A stretch of 64,000 nt of DNA from positions 60,716 through 124,715 of the IMG/VR virus record IMGVR_UViG_3300020450_000010; one strand, given 5' to 3'. Of the stretch, positions 58,802 to 64,000 are shown piece by piece. The first letter of the stretch is position 1; the number at the start of each line of letters is the position of its first letter. Both the position numbers and the translations under genes were made by a program. The notes beneath the pieces are model-generated. The model had not been told where the DNA came from. It worked only from the letters and a program-made list of their open reading frames with translations, and made no database searches. Source of the DNA: a virus.

Positions 58802-61348
58802 AGCAAAGCATTAGAACTTTCACAATTAGCAAATGACATAACCTATACCGAAGGAACTGACACACTCAGTTTTGGTCAAGCCAATTTGCAGATTGGCAGT
58901 AATGCACTTTTATCTAACAATTTATATAGTGGTGACTTAACAGTTGCTAGTAATGGTGTAGTAACTCTTGCTACTGTAAACAGCAATGTTGGAAGTTTTG
59001 GTAGTGGATCAGCTATACCAGTTGTAACTGTTAACGCAAAAGGTTTAGTTACCGCAGTAAGCACACAAGCTGTAAACATTGTAAGCACTACAGACATTGC
59101 AGGTGACAGTGGTACAGACACTATTACACTAGGCACTGACACACTTACCTTTGCTGGTGGTACAGGATTAACCAGCACAGTAACCAACAACAACGTAAGT
59201 ATAGCATTAGATAATACGGCTGTTAGTGCAGGCAGTTATGGTGGTTCAACAGCAATACCTGTAATTACCATAGATGCACAAGGCAGAATCACAGCCGCAA
59301 GTACAAGTTCAATTAACACAGATTTAGTAAGTGACACATCACCACAGCTAGGTGGTAATTTAGAATCAAATTCATTTGATATACTTCTAGCTGACAATGA
59401 TAAAATTTCATTGGGTACAGGTGAAAGAGGATATTTACGGCACACTGGTGCTAGTGGTAAAGTACAACTTTTTAGTACTGTTGGCGGTATTGATATTAGA
59501 ACAACTGCTAACGATGAAACTATTGCAATTAGTTCTGATGATGGCAGTGGCGGTATAGCAAATTACATTATAGCTGACGGTTCAACTGGTGCAACTGAAT
59601 TATATTTTTATGGTTCTAAGAAATTAGAAACCACTACAGGTGGTATTACAGTAACAGGTACAGTAAATGGTCATACTATTCCAGGTGGTACAGGCACACT
59701 TGCTTTAACCAGTAACATACCTACTGATACAGATGGACTGTCAGAAGGTAGTAGTAATTTATATTACACTGATGCTAGAGCTGATGCAAGAATTACAAAT
59801 GCATTAGGCGGTAATGTAACAATTACAGGTAACTTAACTGTAAACGGCACAACCACTTCTGTAAATTCAAATACTGTAAACATTGGCGATAACATAATTG
59901 TACTGAACAGTGACGAAACAGGAACACCTAGTCAAAACGCAGGCATTGAAATTGAACGTGGTACTAGTACAAATGTTAGTTTGCGTTTTAACGAAACCAC
60001 AGACAAATGGCAGTTTACAAACGATGGAACAACATATGCAGACATAGGCGATGGCGGTGATGTAGTAGACGACACAACTCCACAACTAGGTGGTGACCTC
60101 GATGTAAATGGCAATAAAATTGACATGGATGGTAATGAACTTATATTGGATGCTGATGGTGATACAAGTATTACAGCTGATACTGATGATCAAATACATT
60201 TCAAAATAGGCGGATATGATGCAGTAACAATGGCTCATAGTGCTACAGATTATACTACTATGAAAATATATGCCCCACTTGATAATTCATTTGCATCACC
60301 ACAAATAGCTTTAATTAAAGATTCATCAAGTCCAGCAAATTGGGATTATAATGGAGTACTGTCCTTTAGGGCAAATGATAGTGCATCAAACGAAACAACA
60401 TATGCACAACTTATTGGAAGAACTGTAAATGTTTCAAATGGAAGTGAAGAAGGTGCACTAAACTTTTTTGTTACAGCAGGTGGATCCAGTCAAATAAACA
60501 CAGTTTTGTATGATACAAAAATCCAATTATTAAGGGAACAAACATTAGAATGGTATCAACACAAAGGTACATCTTATACTAATGTTTTAGATTGGGCAAC
60601 TCCAACAGCAGACAGAACAGTCACACTTCCAGATGCCACTGGTACAGTAGCATTAACCAGTGATTTTACTGGAAGTGCAAACCATGCGTTTAGACAAATC
60701 AGTGATGGATCAAATCAAGCAGTAGCAGACAGTAACATAGATACATTTATAGTAACAGCAGGCACAGATATAAGTGCAGTGGTGACACCAGCCAGTGATA
60801 CATTAACAATTACAAACACCAGTACGCTTGACAGTGTCACTACCAGAGGTGCAACAACAAACACAAGTATACTATTTCCTGATAATGTAAAAGCACGTTT
60901 TGGTGATACAAGTTCACCAGACATGGAAATATATCATGACGGTTCAAACAGTTATATAGATGACACAGGCACAGGTAGTATTTTTATACGCAGTGGTACA
61001 ACTTACATACAAAATGCCTCAGGTACGAAAACTGCTATGGCAACAAACAGTGGTGCAGAACAAACACTTTATCACAACAACAATCCTAAGTTTGCTACGT
61101 CAGCTACAGGTATTGCAGTTACAGGTGATGTAGATGTAAGCACAGGACACATTGTCAGAGGCACACAACATTTTGATGGTGGTGCAACTGGTGGTGCAGG
61201 TGATATGGCATTTTTAGAAACTGACAATACAGTGAACAATAATTATTCAATAAGTAGTAATAGAAATGCAATGACTGTAGGACCTGTGACAGTAGCAAGT
61301 GGTGCAACAGTTACAGTACCAAGCGGACAACGATGGATAATTTTATAA
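58799..61348 (+). CDS. Mosaic fibre-like structural protein (849 aa)
   Basis: Shares GDSGTDTITLGTDTL/SYG modules with the 1778-aa protein; ends NAMTVGPVTVASGATVTVPSGQRWIIL. Confidence 0.72.
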   Translation: MSKALELSQLANDITYTEGTDTLSFGQANLQIGSNALLSNNLYSGDLTVASNGVVTLATVNSNVGSFGSGSAIPVVTVNAKGLVTAVSTQAVNIVSTTDIAGDSGTDTITLGTDTLTFAGGTGLTSTVTNNNVSIALDNTAVSAGSYGGSTAIPVITIDAQGRITAASTSSINTDLVSDTSPQLGGNLESNSFDILLADNDKISLGTGERGYLRHTGASGKVQLFSTVGGIDIRTTANDETIAISSDDGSGGIANYIIADGSTGATELYFYGSKKLETTTGGITVTGTVNGHTIPGGTGTLALTSNIPTDTDGLSEGSSNLYYTDARADARITNALGGNVTITGNLTVNGTTTSVNSNTVNIGDNIIVLNSDETGTPSQNAGIEIERGTSTNVSLRFNETTDKWQFTNDGTTYADIGDGGDVVDDTTPQLGGDLDVNGNKIDMDGNELILDADGDTSITADTDDQIHFKIGGYDAVTMAHSATDYTTMKIYAPLDNSFASPQIALIKDSSSPANWDYNGVLSFRANDSASNETTYAQLIGRTVNVSNGSEEGALNFFVTAGGSSQINTVLYDTKIQLLREQTLEWYQHKGTSYTNVLDWATPTADRTVTLPDATGTVALTSDFTGSANHAFRQISDGSNQAVADSNIDTFIVTAGTDISAVVTPASDTLTITNTSTLDSVTTRGATTNTSILFPDNVKARFGDTSSPDMEIYHDGSNSYIDDTGTGSIFIRSGTTYIQNASGTKTAMATNSGAEQTLYHNNNPKFATSATGIAVTGDVDVSTGHIVRGTQHFDGGATGGAGDMAFLETDNTVNNNYSISSNRNAMTVGPVTVASGATVTVPSGQRWIIL

Positions 61349-61349
61349 T

Positions 61350-63329
61350 ATGAGCAAAGTAAGAATATACGGTGACACTAGTGGATATGTAGACATAGCT
61401 GTACCAGCAGTGGCAGGTACAACTACACTTAACTTGGATAAAATACCACAAGCAGATATTAGTGGCAATATTGCAATGGATACTGATACACTATATATAG
61501 ATGCGGCGAACAATCGTGTTGGTATTGGTACATCAAGTCCTGGTTTTCCTCTGAGTGTGGAAAAAGATAATAGCACTTGGGTGTCTCGCATCTACAATAC
61601 AGGCTCTGATGCTGATGCTTCAGGGTTGCTTGTGCGTACAGATGCTACCTCATCACATGATGCCCTTGCTCTTGGCGTATATGCTGACAGCGGTTACAAA
61701 ATGGTCGTAAGATCAACTGGTAATGTTGGTATTGGTACAAATGCTCCTGCTACAAGTTATGGTAAAGTTTTACAAATTCACGACACTGGAACTGGTGGTG
61801 CAAATTTACGATTGACTGATGCAACCAGTGGTGCAGGAACCGGACAGGGCATGGATATAATCCAGCTTGGCGTAGATAGTTATTTTATTAACCGCGAAGC
61901 AGGAGATGTAAATTTTTATACAAATGGTCAAGAAAGAATTACAATACACGCTGATGGACATCTAGGTTTTGGTGACGGTATATTAAACGACAGTCCTTGG
62001 TCTAATGTGTTTGGTGCAAGAAGTCAATGGGATACTATGGGTACTATTGCGGCTACTAATGGTAGTATGCAAATAGGACACAATTGGTATTATGATGCAG
62101 GTGGATCAACAGGATACAAATATATAGCTGGTGGTAAAGCCAACCGAACGGTTCATGTGAATGATTACATCAGTTGGGAAATGACCAATAGCACAGGCAG
62201 TGCTGGCGGTGAGATTACATTTGTGGAAGTAATGAAACTGACAGCAGATGGTAAACTTGGTATTGGAGTTTCTAATCCTTTTGCTGATTTAACTGTTGGA
62301 ACAAGCACAGCATTTACTAATGGTGACAACTATGTTGCGGCTGTTTTCCAACCAGCTATAAGTGGTGGTGAATCAGCGGGTATGTTATTCGGACATTATC
62401 CTGCAAGTGGATATGCTAAACAAGGAATATTCTGGGAAAGATATGTGGGTGCAACTGGATCCGGCGGTCAAGGCAAACTACACTTTGTAAACAGAGCGGC
62501 AACCGATACCAGTGTTCCAACAATTGCTGATACTAGAATGACAATAGATCATCTCGGCAACGTTGGTATTGGTACGACTAGTCCTGGAGCAAAACTAACC
62601 ATCACTGATGAAAATGCTGGACAGGCTAGTATGCAAGTACGTAACTTTAACACTAGTGCAACAGGATCATTTACAAACAACTACAATGTAGAAATAAGAT
62701 CAGCTACATCTACTACCACACATGGAATGTTAATTCATTTAAATGAAAATAATATAGGCAGAAGAACTTTAGATATAGCTGACAGTGTTGGCGCTCAAGG
62801 TGACACAATTTTTGCAAGTTTTGTTCAAGGCAAAGTAGGTATTAACAATACATCACCACTAGGTCAATTGGACATTGTAGTTCCACAAGACAAAGTGCCT
62901 CTTGTGATACGATCAGGTGGTAAATCCAATATAGGTTACAATGCTGGTCATGTCATGCACTGTCATAACAGTGTTAGTTCGTCTGGTACTTGGTATGATG
63001 TGTGTTATGTAAGTCACTCTCCTAATATTTTTATTCTTGGGTCTACTGTACAAAATGGCAGTGCTCATTTGGGTGGTTCAAGATGGTGCAGTAGAATGTA
63101 CGGAACCTATGGCAGTGTAGCACACACAACTTTTGGTGGTGGAACAAGAACTGTTGCAATGAATGGCGGTGCGATTACAGGAATGGATTATAGATACTTA
63201 AACGGTGGCGCATCATCTGGTTCTTATAGACTACAGGTTTATGTAACTTGGAGTGGATCGGTAAGTAGCATGGAAGTTTATACCACAGTGATTGGAAATG
63301 GTAGTGATACGCTACAGGAGGACAACTAA
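61350..63329 (+). CDS. Tail fibre/receptor-binding-like protein (659 aa)
   Basis: NNRVGIGT and GNVGIGT repeats. Confidence 0.7.
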   Translation: MSKVRIYGDTSGYVDIAVPAVAGTTTLNLDKIPQADISGNIAMDTDTLYIDAANNRVGIGTSSPGFPLSVEKDNSTWVSRIYNTGSDADASGLLVRTDATSSHDALALGVYADSGYKMVVRSTGNVGIGTNAPATSYGKVLQIHDTGTGGANLRLTDATSGAGTGQGMDIIQLGVDSYFINREAGDVNFYTNGQERITIHADGHLGFGDGILNDSPWSNVFGARSQWDTMGTIAATNGSMQIGHNWYYDAGGSTGYKYIAGGKANRTVHVNDYISWEMTNSTGSAGGEITFVEVMKLTADGKLGIGVSNPFADLTVGTSTAFTNGDNYVAAVFQPAISGGESAGMLFGHYPASGYAKQGIFWERYVGATGSGGQGKLHFVNRAATDTSVPTIADTRMTIDHLGNVGIGTTSPGAKLTITDENAGQASMQVRNFNTSATGSFTNNYNVEIRSATSTTTHGMLIHLNENNIGRRTLDIADSVGAQGDTIFASFVQGKVGINNTSPLGQLDIVVPQDKVPLVIRSGGKSNIGYNAGHVMHCHNSVSSSGTWYDVCYVSHSPNIFILGSTVQNGSAHLGGSRWCSRMYGTYGSVAHTTFGGGTRTVAMNGGAITGMDYRYLNGGASSGSYRLQVYVTWSGSVSSMEVYTTVIGNGSDTLQEDN

Positions 63330-63583
63330 TGGCTGAAACAACAACTATAGACACACATACACTAGAACTTATACCAGAAGAACACAGAGCAAATGCTACT
63401 TCATATGAAGTACCAGATGCATTATGGACACAAAAGGATGTAGATTGGGGAAAAATAAAAGAAGGTAAAAAAGTTGGAGACGTAAGAGAACCAGCACATA
63501 CTAGATATACTGTAACATACACAGAAAAAGACCCTGAACTAGTAGCTTTAGAAAAAAGAATTGCAGACCTCGAAGCCAAGTAA
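63329..63583 (+). CDS. Small partner protein
   Basis: 84 aa with a GGAGG RBS, TAATG coupling and a C-terminal coiled coil. Confidence 0.62.
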   Translation: MAETTTIDTHTLELIPEEHRANATSYEVPDALWTQKDVDWGKIKEGKKVGDVREPAHTRYTVTYTEKDPELVALEKRIADLEAK

Positions 63584-63588
63584 TCTTA

Positions 63589-63596
63589 TATAAATA
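63589..63596 (+). promoter_or_regulatory. Late promoter TATAAATA (degenerate junction)
   Basis: TATAAATA-TGTGTAACAAAGGAATATTCT-ATG. Confidence 0.7.
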
Positions 63597-63617
63597 TGTG
63601 TAACAAAGGAATATTCT

Positions 63618-64000
63618 ATGCCATATTTAGGTAATCGTCCAGACAACATTGTTATACGAAACGCACAACAAGAATTCAATTACACTGCTACCAGCAGTCA
63701 AACAACGTTCACTGGTTTAGATACTAACAACAATACACTAGCATATAATCCTGGAAATGTCGAGGTATTTTTTAATGGTGCCAGACTTGAAGAAGCAGAT
63801 TTTACAGCGACAAACGGTACTAGCATTGTGCTTGCTTCAGCCGCCGCTACAAATGATTTAGTAAGTATTGTATCAACTGATGTTTTTGAAGTTACTGATA
63901 CAGTAAGTAGACAAAATGGTGGTACATTTATTGGTGATGTAACCATGTCTGGGAACTTGACTGTAAATGGCACAACCACTTCTGTCAATTCCAATGAAGT
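63618..64000 (+). CDS. Fibre-like protein, truncated by the window end
   Basis: MPYLGNRPDNIVIRNAQQEFNYTATSSQTTFTG...VEVFFNG parallels the N-terminus of the 49051 gene (MPYIGQG...ATAGQTTF...IDVYQNG). Confidence 0.75.
   Translation, partial: MPYLGNRPDNIVIRNAQQEFNYTATSSQTTFTGLDTNNNTLAYNPGNVEVFFNGARLEEADFTATNGTSIVLASAAATNDLVSIVSTDVFEVTDTVSRQNGGTFIGDVTMSGNLTVNGTTTSVNSNE

Overview
This 64-kb window is AT-rich and almost fully coding in the standard genetic code. It comes from a large T4-superfamily-type (distant, probably aquatic) myophage. From left to right it holds six blocks: (1) a minus-strand baseplate operon (partial >1,700-aa wedge protein, gp6-, gp25-, gp5/VgrG-, hub-, gp53- and tube-like genes, led by an HxGH nucleotidyltransferase); (2) a plus-strand block under sigma70-type promoters (gp55-like late sigma factor, 2OG-Fe(II) oxygenase, gp47/gp46 Mre11-Rad50 nuclease, HAD phosphomannomutase-like enzyme, small GIY-YIG nuclease); (3) a ~375-nt non-coding, highly base-paired segment; (4) gp26-like and tape-measure-like genes; (5) the head module (portal, core, protease, scaffold, major capsid protein); (6) a >32-kb array of mosaic fibre/receptor-binding-like genes with a subtilisin. 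Two features stand out. First, the fibre array is built from 'fibre + small partner gene' cassettes, joined by a conserved 38-39-bp element that overlaps a stop codon, a late promoter, a hairpin, the Shine-Dalgarno and the start codon. Second, a candidate structured ncRNA lies directly downstream of the GIY-YIG gene. All calls come from reading motifs and synteny by eye; no searches were run.
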